Part shown: positions 51,588 through 61,077 of the stretch, one piece after another | Position numbering within the stretch: the stretch's first letter is position 1 | How the letters are laid out: each line of letters opens with the position of its first letter | Assembly: GCA_045863855.1 (NCBI GenBank) | Contig: BTVV01000014.1 | Coordinates: forward strand, 1 to 64,000 | Direction of reading: 5' to 3' | DNA length: 64,000 bases | Source: Planctomycetota bacterium | Lineage (GTDB): Bacteria > Planctomycetota > SZUA-567 > H5-PLA8 | Notes under the pieces: generated by a model | The model's database searches: none | Told to the model about the DNA's origin: nothing | What the model saw: the letters and a program-made list of their open reading frames with translations, nothing else | Program-made: the position numbers and the translations under genes

Positions 51588-52178
51588 TCAGCGTTTTTTG
51601 GAACGTTTGGGCTTGGCGCCGGCCGGTTCGTCCTGCACGAAAAAGTCGAGGTAGCGGACGGTCTTCGAACCTAGGGCGCGGGCGGTATGCGGGAGGCGCG
51701 GGTTGAAGTAGAGCGAATCGCCGGGCTCGAGCACCATCGTGTCGGCCTCGATGGTGAATTCCATGCGCCCTTCGAGCATGTAGACGAATTCCTCGCCGCC
51801 GTGCTGGAAGGTGCCGGGCGGGTCGGTGGGCTTCATGGTGAGCAGAAAGGGTTCCATGGTTTTACCGGGCATGGCGAGGGCCAGCGCTTCGTAGGCGTAT
51901 CCGAACTGCGACCCGTCGCGGGTGATCCGTTCACCCTGGCCTTTACGGGTGAGGACGTAGTTCGGCCGGTCGTTCGATTCGCTGAAGAATTCGGCCAGCG
52001 GCACCTGCAGCGCGTCGCCGATGCGCAGCACCGTGGAAATGGGCGGCGAGATCAGCCCGTTTTCGATCTTCGAAAGCGTACTCTTGGTGAGGCCCGCGCG
52101 TTCGGCGGCCTCGGCGAGGCTGGAGCCTTTTTTCTGGCGCCATTTGCGGATGTTCGCGCCGACGGTTTTCTCGTCCAT
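51588..52178 (-). CDS. XRE family HTH plus cupin regulator
   Basis: AERAGLTKSTLSKIENG..SP; HGGEEFVYMLEG..GDSLYFN..PH. Confidence 0.93.
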   Translation of the reverse strand: MDEKTVGANIRKWRQKKGSSLAEAAERAGLTKSTLSKIENGLISPPISTVLRIGDALQVPLAEFFSESNDRPNYVLTRKGQGERITRDGSQFGYAYEALALAMPGKTMEPFLLTMKPTDPPGTFQHGGEEFVYMLEGRMEFTIEADTMVLEPGDSLYFNPRLPHTARALGSKTVRYLDFFVQDEPAGAKPKRSKKR

Positions 52179-52229
52179 GCGCCCCAGTATACGTCGGACC
52201 GCGGCGCTTGCCCGCGCCGGAAACGAAAG

Positions 52230-52886
52230 CTACCGCGCGGCCAGAATTTCCCGCGCCGCGCGTACGACGCGCCGGCGCAGTGCGTAGCCGCCGATCATCC
52301 CCAGCGCGCCGAAAAGCCCGAGCGGCACGCTCCAGTCCAGGAGGCGTCCGCCCACAAATCCGGGCCAGTTACTGCCGAGATGGATGGCCAAGGCTAAGGC
52401 CATGCAGGCCGGCGAGACGGTGGTGATCCAGCCTGCCGCGATCAGCGTGCTGCGGGCGAGCATGCTCGTGCGCCCCAGCAATTCGGCATGCACCAATCCG
52501 AGTACGGCTCCGTAGAAGATCCAGGCGACGATCAATGGAGCGAGCCAGATCGATACTTCCCAAACGATGCCCACGCCGGGCGTGGCGACCATGATCCCAA
52601 ACGCCGAGCCCAAGGCGATGACGATGACAAGCCACTCGGCGAGCGAACATTGAAGCCGCCGAAACAATAGGTGCCCGAAGTACATGCCCAAACCGGCGGC
52701 GACGGCCACGTTGGCGGCGCTGCCGACGATTTGCAGCCAAGGGGTGAGGATAAACAGGTTGGCGGCGGTGAAGACAAGGGCCAGCGAAACGGCCCAGCGG
52801 AGCATGCCTATATCGAAGCCCGCGCGTTTTGCGCGGAGCGAGCGGTTCGTGAGCGGGACGGTCAAGGCCGCGGCTTGCTCGCTCAT
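52230..52886 (-). CDS. Integral membrane hypothetical protein
   Basis: About six hydrophobic segments; overlaps the upstream stop (ATGA). Confidence 0.75.
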   Translation of the reverse strand: MSEQAAALTVPLTNRSLRAKRAGFDIGMLRWAVSLALVFTAANLFILTPWLQIVGSAANVAVAAGLGMYFGHLLFRRLQCSLAEWLVIVIALGSAFGIMVATPGVGIVWEVSIWLAPLIVAWIFYGAVLGLVHAELLGRTSMLARSTLIAAGWITTVSPACMALALAIHLGSNWPGFVGGRLLDWSVPLGLFGALGMIGGYALRRRVVRAAREILAAR

Positions 52887-54391
52887 TCGCGCAGTTCCTG
52901 GGCGGGCGGCTGTTCGGGTTGGGCGGGCGGCAGGCGGAAAACGGGGTCGTCGGCCGGGGCAATAGAGCTGTTGAGCGTGGGCTTGCCCGACATCTTCAGC
53001 TTTTGAATCGCAGCCTCGGGAATGTGCTCGTTGCTCCAGTGGTTGTAGCCGCCGTCGTCGTGTCCGTCGGCTCCCACGCCGTAGATGCGCAACAAGCCCG
53101 GATGGAGCGGGGGCTCTTCTGGCGCATTGGGAAATTGCCGCACGAAGCCCAGCGGGTCGGAACGACAGCGCAGCGGCATTCCGTTGATCGTATCCGTGGG
53201 TACACGCTCGAGATACTGGGGCGCCAGGTCCTCGATCCGTTCGGGATCGCGCCCGTGCTCTATGCGGTATTCGAGCAGCGCCAGCGCCGTGTCGGCGGCA
53301 AGGGCCTGATCGGCGGAACGAATGTAATTGTCGGCAAAGCGTTCGATGACCGGAATCAGCAACCGAGTGAGCGCGGTGGGGCCGTTCGATTGTTCGTTAA
53401 GGAGTCGGTCCACGGTTCCGGGCTCGATACGCTTGCCGGCTTGGAGCTTCGCAAGCATGAAGCTGTAGATATTCTCCATCGCTTGGCGTTCGGATCCATA
53501 CCAGACGGACCAAACCCCTCCGGCGCGGGGTACGGGAATACCCAGGCCCGCGGCCGCAGGACTTATATTCATTGAAAACATGCCGTCGAATGTATACATG
53601 CCGAACCGGGATTCGCCGTCCAGCAAACGCGCCGCGCGTTCCAGGGGCTGGCGCTTTAAAAAGTTGGCCGCACGGTAGGCGCGCACGTCTTCGAGTTGAC
53701 CGGGCGTATGACGATCCACGATCTGCTGCAAGGTTTGGTCGGCGATGCCGTCCATGGCCACGGCCACCAAGCCGTTGATCAGGATCGGATCGGTTTCGGC
53801 GAAGCGCGCGAGCCGGTAAATGGCTTTCAGCCGTTTCGCCGCGGCTTTGTGGTCACCGGCTCTGGCATGCCAAAGGGCGTCGAGGGCGAGAATCCGCGCC
53901 GCGCGCCGAAGTTGCGCGAGATGCGGAAGCAGGATCCCGAAACCCTTTGAGTAGTCCAAATTCCAGTGGCTGCGTTCCAGCTCGGCCGCGCTCAGGAGGT
54001 CCAGGAGAGACGTTTGAAGAGCCGCGAACTCCGAGGCCACGTTGGGATCGTCCCACATCTCGGGGAGGTAATGTCCGAGTCTGCTTTCGATGTTTTCGGT
54101 GGCGCCGGCCGCATAAACAGGAAAAGCCGCAAAGGCCTTATTCAAAGTGAGCGCGGCATTGTGTTCATCAGCCAACGGCGGCGGCGCTAATTCGTGTAGA
54201 CGTTTTTTGCTTTCCGCGTAATTCGCCTGCGGATCGCCGGCGTCTACGCGCATGATGACCAGAGCCAGCCCGACCGCCAGGCCCAGCGCCAGCGGAAGTT
54301 GCCACAGTACGCGGTGACCGGGGCAGAGGTACCAGGCCGCCAAGGCCGCGCGGTCGAGTCTGCCGGATGAAGCAGGCGATTCGGTCTGCAT
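52883..54391 (-). CDS. Membrane-anchored helical protein with GspG-like C-terminus
   Basis: TM; LALLEYRIEHGRDPERIEDLAPQYL..PTD...IYGVGADGHDDGG. Confidence 0.7.
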   Translation of the reverse strand: MQTESPASSGRLDRAALAAWYLCPGHRVLWQLPLALGLAVGLALVIMRVDAGDPQANYAESKKRLHELAPPPLADEHNAALTLNKAFAAFPVYAAGATENIESRLGHYLPEMWDDPNVASEFAALQTSLLDLLSAAELERSHWNLDYSKGFGILLPHLAQLRRAARILALDALWHARAGDHKAAAKRLKAIYRLARFAETDPILINGLVAVAMDGIADQTLQQIVDRHTPGQLEDVRAYRAANFLKRQPLERAARLLDGESRFGMYTFDGMFSMNISPAAAGLGIPVPRAGGVWSVWYGSERQAMENIYSFMLAKLQAGKRIEPGTVDRLLNEQSNGPTALTRLLIPVIERFADNYIRSADQALAADTALALLEYRIEHGRDPERIEDLAPQYLERVPTDTINGMPLRCRSDPLGFVRQFPNAPEEPPLHPGLLRIYGVGADGHDDGGYNHWSNEHIPEAAIQKLKMSGKPTLNSSIAPADDPVFRLPPAQPEQPPAQELRE

Positions 54392-54530
54392 CTTCCTATC
54401 TTACTTCATCGGTGCTTATCCTTACAGGCGCACTCGTGCGCGTTGACGATGGCCGGTCGTTGGCCTAATCTGCTCCCTCTTTATTGGGGAGGCGGTGCGG
54501 ATCCCCGCGAATCGGAAGGGAGCGGTTTCG

Positions 54531-56504
54531 ATGGCGTCGGTGCTTGAAGCCCTGGAAGCTCTGGAGGCGGAGGCGCGCAGCGCATTCGCCGCGGTGAAGT
54601 CGGCCGAGGACCTGGAGAAGGTCCGCATCGAGTACTTGGGCAAGAAAGGCAAGTTGAAGGACGCCAAAGCGCAGGTGGGCCAGGCCGCGGCCGAAGACCG
54701 GCCCAAAGTCGGCGCGCGCGCGAAGGAACTCGAGGCCGCCGTGCAAGTCTGCTTCGAAGAGGCGCAAGCGCGGCTGGTTTCCGGCGGCCCGGCGCTGAGC
54801 GGCGTCGAAGCGCTGCGCGACGAGCGGATCCAGAAGCTGAAGAAGTACGAAGCCGTACACGGCGCAGGCAGCGCGTGGGGCGCGCGCTTCGCCAACGTCT
54901 CGGCCATCGAGGATCTGCGCAAGAAGTTTCCAGCGCTGGCCGAGGGCCAGCCACCGGACAGTAACCAGACCCTGGGCACAGGCCGGATCGCCGCACGCGT
55001 GATGCTGCGCCGCGACCAGTCCAAGAAGCTGATCTTCCTGACGGTGGCCGACCAGTCGGGCGAGTTGCAGGTGGCGCTCTGGAACAAGAAGCTGCCCGAG
55101 GCGGCGCTGGACCTCCTGCGCGAATCGCTCGACCTGTGGGACCTCGTCGGTGTGGAAGGCGAGTTGGCTTACACGCAGCGCGGCGAACCCACGCTGTGGG
55201 CGACGGAGATCAAGCTGCTGACGAAGTGCCTCGCGCCGCCGCCCGAGAAGCACCACGGTCTGACGGACAAAGAGACGCGCTACCGGCATCGGCATCTGGA
55301 TCTGATCAGCAATCCGGATTCGCGCAAAGCGTTCATCACGCGCGCGAAGCTTGTCAGCGGCGTACGGCGCTTCCTCGACGATCAGGGCTTCCTGGAGATG
55401 GAGACGCCGGTCTTGCAAACGATCCCCGGCGGCGCGGCGGCGCGCCCGTTCAAGACGCACCTGAACGCGCTGGGCATCGACATGTTCATGCGCATCGCGA
55501 CCGAGATCCCGCTCAAGAAGCTGCTCGTCGGCGGGCTCGATAAGGTCTACGAACTGGGGCGGATTTTCCGCAACGAGGGTGTGGACTACAGCCACAATCC
55601 CGAATTCACGACAGTCGAATTGTATCAAGCCTACGCCGATCTGCGGGACATGATGGCGCTCGTCGAGAACCTCGCCAGCCACCTCGCGCGGGAACTGACC
55701 GGCGGCACGACGGTCACGTTCCGCGGCAAGCCGGTGAAGCTCGGCGCGCCCTGGCCGCGGCTGGACTATTGCGAACTGCTTGAAAAGCACGCGGGCGTGA
55801 AGGCGACCGACGAAGCGGGCCTGGACCGCAAGATTCGCGAGGCCGGCGAGAACCCGGAAGGGCTCTCGATGGTGGACAAGATCGATGCGGTCTTCGGCAC
55901 GTACGCCGAACCGCACCTGACCGACGCGTGCTTCGTGATCAACCAGCCCGTCGAGATGAGCCCGCTGTGCAAGGCGCATCCGGAGGATGCGGCGAAGGCG
56001 CACCGTTTCGAGGCGTTTGCGGCGAGCATGGAGATCGCGAACGCGTACAGCGAGCTGAACGATCCGTTGGAGCAGCGCAAGCGGCTGGCGGCGCAGATGC
56101 GCGAGACTTGGGCGAAGTTTATGCGCGAAGTGCTGGATGAGCCGGGCGCTTCTATCGGAGCCGATTTGAAGATCGGGATCGAAGGCCTCGTGCAGCGGGT
56201 CGAGCATTCGGCCGACTGGCAACCCACCGGCGACTCCGATGCGAACCGCCTGCTGCGGTCGATCGAGGCTCAGGTCAAGACCTGGAAACGGAAGGACTAT
56301 TTTTTCGAACGCATGCAGCGCCTGGAAGATCCGTCGCTGTTGATCGACGAAGACTTCCTCCACGCGCTCGAGCACGGCATGCCGCCCGCCGGCGGGATGG
56401 GCATCGGGATCGACCGCGTCTGCATGCTCATCACGGGCTGCGATTCGATCCGCGACGTGATTCTGTTCCCGCTGATGCGGCCGGAGAAGGGGAGTGGGCA
56501 GTAA
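54531..56504 (+). CDS. lysS: Lysine--tRNA ligase (class II) with PheRS-alpha-like N-terminal arm and catalytic-domain insert
   Basis: OB fold, RYRHRHLDL, GGAAARPF, motif 2 FRNEG..HNPEFT, EIANAYSELNDP, motif 3 GMPPAGGMGIGIDR. Confidence 0.95.
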   Translation: MASVLEALEALEAEARSAFAAVKSAEDLEKVRIEYLGKKGKLKDAKAQVGQAAAEDRPKVGARAKELEAAVQVCFEEAQARLVSGGPALSGVEALRDERIQKLKKYEAVHGAGSAWGARFANVSAIEDLRKKFPALAEGQPPDSNQTLGTGRIAARVMLRRDQSKKLIFLTVADQSGELQVALWNKKLPEAALDLLRESLDLWDLVGVEGELAYTQRGEPTLWATEIKLLTKCLAPPPEKHHGLTDKETRYRHRHLDLISNPDSRKAFITRAKLVSGVRRFLDDQGFLEMETPVLQTIPGGAAARPFKTHLNALGIDMFMRIATEIPLKKLLVGGLDKVYELGRIFRNEGVDYSHNPEFTTVELYQAYADLRDMMALVENLASHLARELTGGTTVTFRGKPVKLGAPWPRLDYCELLEKHAGVKATDEAGLDRKIREAGENPEGLSMVDKIDAVFGTYAEPHLTDACFVINQPVEMSPLCKAHPEDAAKAHRFEAFAASMEIANAYSELNDPLEQRKRLAAQMRETWAKFMREVLDEPGASIGADLKIGIEGLVQRVEHSADWQPTGDSDANRLLRSIEAQVKTWKRKDYFFERMQRLEDPSLLIDEDFLHALEHGMPPAGGMGIGIDRVCMLITGCDSIRDVILFPLMRPEKGSGQ

Positions 56505-56508
56505 GGCG

Positions 56509-57297
56509 CTACAGCGTCCTTATATGAAACCCGCCGTCCACGTCGAAGACGGCGCCGGTGCTGAAGGGGAAGCTGCCGCGCAGGATGGCGCCGACGGCCA
56601 GCCCGATATCTTCCGGCGTGCCCCAGCGTTTGATCGGGGTCAGGCCGCCTTCGATAAGCTTGTCGTACTTCTCTTTGACGCCGCTGGTCATGTCGGTCGC
56701 GATCACGCCGGGGCGGATTTCGTAAGCCAGGATGTTCTCTTCGGCCAGGCGCGCGGCGAAGAGCGCCGTGACCATACCGAGGCCCGCCTTGGCAATGCAG
56801 TATTCGCCGCGGTTGACCGAGGCCGTATACACGCTGATCGAAGTGATGTTGACGATGTAGCCGCGGTCGAGCTTGCCTTCCTTGCGGAGTTGGATCATGC
56901 GCCGCGCGGCTTGCTGAGTCAGGAAAAACGGGCCTTTCAGGTTCACGTCGAGGACGCGGTCGAAGCTCTCTTCGCCCATTTCGAGCAAGTCCGCGCGCTT
57001 CTGCGGCGCGACGCCCGCATTGTTGACCAACGCGGTGAGTGTCCCAAAACGTTCGACGGCGAAGTCGAGCATGTATTTGCGCTGCGCGGTCTGGCTCAGG
57101 TCGGCCTGCACGGCGGCGGCTTGCCCGCCGGCCTGTTCGATCAGGCCCACGGCTTCCTTGGCCGCGTCGGCGTTGGAGGCGTAGTTGATCACCACTTTCC
57201 AGCCTTGGCGGCCGAGTTCCACCGCGATCCCGCGCCCGATGCCGCGGCTGCCGCCTGTCACCAGCGCCACGCCCGTCTGTTTCGCCGTCTCGTTCAT
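56509..57297 (-). CDS. SDR oxidoreductase (3-ketoacyl-ACP reductase-like)
   Basis: [21 protein letters not shown]. Confidence 0.93.
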   Translation of the reverse strand: MNETAKQTGVALVTGGSRGIGRGIAVELGRQGWKVVINYASNADAAKEAVGLIEQAGGQAAAVQADLSQTAQRKYMLDFAVERFGTLTALVNNAGVAPQKRADLLEMGEESFDRVLDVNLKGPFFLTQQAARRMIQLRKEGKLDRGYIVNITSISVYTASVNRGEYCIAKAGLGMVTALFAARLAEENILAYEIRPGVIATDMTSGVKEKYDKLIEGGLTPIKRWGTPEDIGLAVGAILRGSFPFSTGAVFDVDGGFHIRTL

Positions 57298-57380
57298 CTC
57301 GCAGGTGTCCTCCGGCTGAAAGAGTGATAAGGTAACGCTACCGGACGCCATTCGCGCGCGCCAGCGCGGGCATCCGGCCG

Positions 57381-58925
57381 ATGGCCCGCGAGTCCCGCAT
57401 GCGCATCCCGTTCGATCTCCTGATCGCGCTGATCGGCCTGGAAGCGCTCAAGTCCGAATTATACGTCCTCTTCGGACACCTGCCTTCGCGCGGGGCTTCG
57501 ATCGCGGTAGGTGCGGAGCACGGCGGGCCGTTGGACGCGCTGGTGGCGCTGCTGGCGCTGTGGCTGATCGCGTGGCTGGTGCATGAAGGCCTGGCGCGCG
57601 GGGCCGAGTGGCGCACACGCTGGGGCTACTTGCCCGCGGGGCTCGATCCGTACGGCGTGCGTCCGCTGAGCCGGCACGCATCCGAAGCGCATGCGCGCGG
57701 CGTCTGGATCGCGCAGGCCTTCTGCATCGCGCTGTATTTCGCCTTCACTTGGTACTACCGCTGGCCCATGCAGGCGATGGGCTGGCCCGAATGGCTGGGC
57801 CTGGATCGGGTCCTGAGCCGCGAAACGTGCGACGGGTTGGGGGAGAGCGCAGTCATCGGTTGCCTCACCGATCTGGGTCCGTTTCTGGTCATGCTGCTGT
57901 TGAGCTGGGTTCCGAAACGGCGCTTGGCCGAACACGTATCGCGGCGGCCGGTGAGCTTGCGCCGGTTCATCTCTTTCGAGGCGCGTCTGACGCTGCTGCC
58001 GTGCGTGCTGTGGCTGGCGATGTATCTGCTGACCGATCTGCTGCGGCTGTTTAACGCGGCGGAGGCCTTCGACGGCGCGGGACCGGCGCCGTGGCTGGCG
58101 GTGCTGCTGCCGCTGGTGATTCTGGGCGGCTTTGCGGTGCTGATTCTGCCCTGGCTGGTGGTCTGGGTTTGGCAGTGCAAGCCGCTGCCGGACGGCCCCT
58201 TGAAGGAGCGCCTGGAAGCCCTGATGCAAAAGAGCGGTGTCAAAGCGCGGGCGATCTTGTCGTGGGGGCCCAAAGGTACGGGGCTGGCCAACGCGGCGGT
58301 GCTGGGGCCGTGGGCGCCGATGCGCTACATCCTGATCAGTCCGGGACTGGCCGAGACCCTGGATCTGGACGAATGCGAAGCGGTGCTGGCGCACGAACTG
58401 GGTCACGCGAAGCACGGCCACCTGGGCCTCTTGCTGCTGTTCGTGGTCGTCCTGTCGGCGGTCAGCAACTTCGTGCTGCGGCTGGCGGACGATTGGCCGG
58501 CCTGGGAACAGGCGGCGTTATTCGTAGCGCTCCTGGGGGTCTGGTTGCGCGTATTCTTCGGCGCGATCTCGCGTTCGTGCGAGCGTGAAGCGGATCTGGC
58601 TTCGGCGGAACTGGTGGGCTCGCCGCGCCCGCTGATCTCGGCCTTGGAAAAGATCGGGACGATGGCCGGCGGCATCCGCGACCTGTACAGTTGGCATCAC
58701 GGGTCGATTGCGCAGCGCGTGGCGTATCTGGAGCGGGATGCGCATGATCCGGAAGCGAGCGCGCGGTACCATGCCCGTATGCGGCGGCTGCGTCTGGGCT
58801 TTGCCGCGGTCGCGCTGCTCGCTTTGGGGATCGAGATGGCGTTAGCTTGGCGCGAAGCCGAAGCAGCGCCGGCGAAGGCCGAGGGAGCAACCTTTCGGAC
58901 GAACGCGGATCCTCCGGTACGCTGA
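57381..58925 (+). CDS. M48 family membrane zinc metalloprotease
   Basis: Multiple TM segments, [26 protein letters not shown]. Confidence 0.9.
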   Translation: MARESRMRIPFDLLIALIGLEALKSELYVLFGHLPSRGASIAVGAEHGGPLDALVALLALWLIAWLVHEGLARGAEWRTRWGYLPAGLDPYGVRPLSRHASEAHARGVWIAQAFCIALYFAFTWYYRWPMQAMGWPEWLGLDRVLSRETCDGLGESAVIGCLTDLGPFLVMLLLSWVPKRRLAEHVSRRPVSLRRFISFEARLTLLPCVLWLAMYLLTDLLRLFNAAEAFDGAGPAPWLAVLLPLVILGGFAVLILPWLVVWVWQCKPLPDGPLKERLEALMQKSGVKARAILSWGPKGTGLANAAVLGPWAPMRYILISPGLAETLDLDECEAVLAHELGHAKHGHLGLLLLFVVVLSAVSNFVLRLADDWPAWEQAALFVALLGVWLRVFFGAISRSCEREADLASAELVGSPRPLISALEKIGTMAGGIRDLYSWHHGSIAQRVAYLERDAHDPEASARYHARMRRLRLGFAAVALLALGIEMALAWREAEAAPAKAEGATFRTNADPPVR

Positions 58926-58944
58926 TCAAGGGAGGTGGGCAAGC

Positions 58945-59289
58945 ATGTCCAAGAGAATCGGGAAACCTCCGGCGCGGTACCTGGAAGTGCGCAAGCGGCA
59001 TCCCAAGCTGCTGGCGGCGTACGAGGAATTCGCGCGCGCGTGCGAGCAGGCCGGGCCGCTGAACAAAAGAGAGCAGCGCTTGGTCAAGCTGGGGCTGTCC
59101 TTTGGCGCGCAGATGGAAGGCGCGGCGCATGCGGCGGTGCGCAAAGGATTGGAAGCGGGCTTACAGGAAGCGGATTTGCGCCACGCGGCGTTTTTGGCCA
59201 TGAGCACCGTGGGCTTCCCGAACGGCATGAAGTTCATGGCCTGGATCGAGGATGTGCTCGAACCCCGGAAGTCCGCGAAAAAGCGCTGA
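58945..59289 (+). CDS. Carboxymuconolactone decarboxylase (AhpD-like) family protein
   Basis: AGPLNKREQRLVKLG..EGAAHAAVRKGLEAG..TVGFP; SD GGAGG. Confidence 0.85.
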   Translation: MSKRIGKPPARYLEVRKRHPKLLAAYEEFARACEQAGPLNKREQRLVKLGLSFGAQMEGAAHAAVRKGLEAGLQEADLRHAAFLAMSTVGFPNGMKFMAWIEDVLEPRKSAKKR

Positions 59290-59357
59290 AATCGGTAGGC
59301 AGAGGCGCGTCCGTAAGGAAGAATAGCAGTGCTTAAACGGCCTACCGAGGGCGAACG

Positions 59358-59768
59358 GTGAGCGACAGGGTGCAACGGTGGTGGCTGGCAAGCTTGGCGT
59401 TGGCCTGCTGGGGCGTCGGAGCCGTGGAAGAGCGGATGCTTGGAACGCTGGAGAAGACCGCCAAGCCCGGTGCGTGCGCGCAGATAACCGACGCGCTGAG
59501 CGAGATTTACTACATCCTCAAGACCCCCGAATCCGAAAAGGCTTGCCGTGAGCTGATGGGCCATAAGGTGGTCTTGGTGGGCGTGGTCGAAAAGCGCGCC
59601 GGCGACGACGATTACTATTTCAGCCTGAAATCGGTGGAGGCCTATCGGCGCGAAAACGAGCGCGAGCCGCCGCCTACGGCGCGGCCGGGTCAAGGCACCT
59701 TGCCGTTGCCTCCCCCGTCCCCAGACCCGGCTCCACCGCCAGTGGAAGCGAAGACCGCGAATCCCTAG
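59358..59768 (+). CDS. Secreted hypothetical protein (OB-like beta core, Pro-rich tail)
   Basis: Signal-like N-terminus; GHKVVLVGVV; PPP tail. Confidence 0.65.
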   Translation: MSDRVQRWWLASLALACWGVGAVEERMLGTLEKTAKPGACAQITDALSEIYYILKTPESEKACRELMGHKVVLVGVVEKRAGDDDYYFSLKSVEAYRRENEREPPPTARPGQGTLPLPPPSPDPAPPPVEAKTANP

Positions 59769-59777
59769 GCGCCGCCC

Positions 59778-59876
59778 ATGGACCGATTCTGGCTTGGGGC
59801 TATGGTGGGGGTGGGGCTGGCGTTTTTCGTCCTGCTTTTTCGCCAGTGGCGGCGCATCTGGCGCTCGCGAAAGTAA
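59778..59876 (+). CDS. Small single-TM protein (32 aa)
   Basis: MDRFWLGAMVGVGLAFFVLLFRQWRRIWRSRK; starts 9 nt after the previous stop. Confidence 0.55.
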   Translation: MDRFWLGAMVGVGLAFFVLLFRQWRRIWRSRK

Positions 59877-59892
59877 TTCGAGCGATTACGGA

Positions 59893-60177
59893 CTACGAGT
59901 GCCCATTAACCTTTTTGCTTCGGGGCTTCGTGATGCACTGGCGCAGCAGGAAGTCGATCTGTTCGGTGGATAGGCCTAACCCGTCCTGTAGCTTAACCTT
60001 GGAGCGAGGCGTAGCCTTCACCTTGCCGTGCTCAAGGCGAAAGAGCGTGGCCGGGCTGAGGCCCGTCTTCTTGGACATATCCCGTAAGGTCATGCCCAAG
60101 CGGATGCGGTAGGTAATGAGATCGGTCCGCGGATCGGGTTTGGGACGCGATTCGGATGTCTTGTCTCTGTCCGACAC
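59893..60177 (-). CDS. XRE-family HTH protein
   Basis: YRIRLGMTLRDMSKKTGLSPATLFRLEHG. Confidence 0.8.
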   Translation of the reverse strand: MSDRDKTSESRPKPDPRTDLITYRIRLGMTLRDMSKKTGLSPATLFRLEHGKVKATPRSKVKLQDGLGLSTEQIDFLLRQCITKPRSKKVNGHS

Positions 60178-60858
60178 GGAGAATCCTCATGAAGCCCGAG
60201 CAAGAACAAGAAGGTAGGTACAAGAACCCCTAATTACGACTTCTCCGCGCAAGGTCAATCGCCAAGCCGAGATTGCGTTTCACTTGTTTCACTTTTGAGC
60301 TGGTGATGAACGAACTGAAATGGACCGGATACGGAAGCGAATCGCGGAAGATTCGCTGTGGCACTCAAATGGGACGACATGTAAGCGGGAAGCTCCCCCT
60401 ACTACTGGTTGAATCGTCCCAACGGATCATGGAGCGAGCCCCTATTTCAGGGCTCGTTTCATCCGAAGACGCTCCGCTTGGCTTACGGACCGCCACGTGG
60501 TGAAGCGCCTCGAATTCCATAGGGTGCATAGCGTATCCAATTTCAAGCCCAGATGCAGCTACAAAGCGTAACGATGTTTCATCCTTAGTCATTTACGCCT
60601 ATTTATGCCACCAATGCCAGACATCGGCTCAAGCGTGATGGGCGCCATTAGGAAGTGTAAAGTGTTATTGTGGAAAAGTTTAAATTGAAGTAGGGGCTTA
60701 ACCGGGGGTGTGTTGCACGCGTGCGTACGAAGTTGCATTTTATTGGGCTACCGAGGTTCGGATGAAGCAACTTAGTGAGTCCGGGGGCTAGCGGTATGAT
60801 GGAGGCAGGGAGTTGAAATGAAAAGAGTTAAGCCCTTGCGCCTGTGAGTTTTTCAGCC

Positions 60859-60887
60859 TTGACATGGTTTCCGCACGGAACTACGAT
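60859..60887 (+). promoter_or_regulatory. Sigma-70-type promoter
   Basis: TTGACA-N17-TACGAT, ~190 nt upstream of ATG 61078. Confidence 0.7.
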
Positions 60888-61077
60888 TCGCGCGTCATTC
60901 AATGTTTGTAAAGGCTAGCTGCGACCGCTCCTTAGAAGTAACTGGAGCGAGTTGCGGACCTCGCATCGGCTTGGCCGAGCGCGAGCCGCGTTTCCCGTTC
61001 GGGGGGCGCGGGCGCATAGTTTGGGCTATCGCGGGGCGCATGGTGGGCGCGTACCCGGGCGTTCGGAGGAAGCCGTA

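Noticed and set aside
56097..56345. Intein or intron in lysS
   Set aside because: No C/S start or HN end; reading frame continuous; no intron structure evident.
54465..56375. 636-aa minus-strand ORF
   Set aside because: Antisense shadow of lysS.
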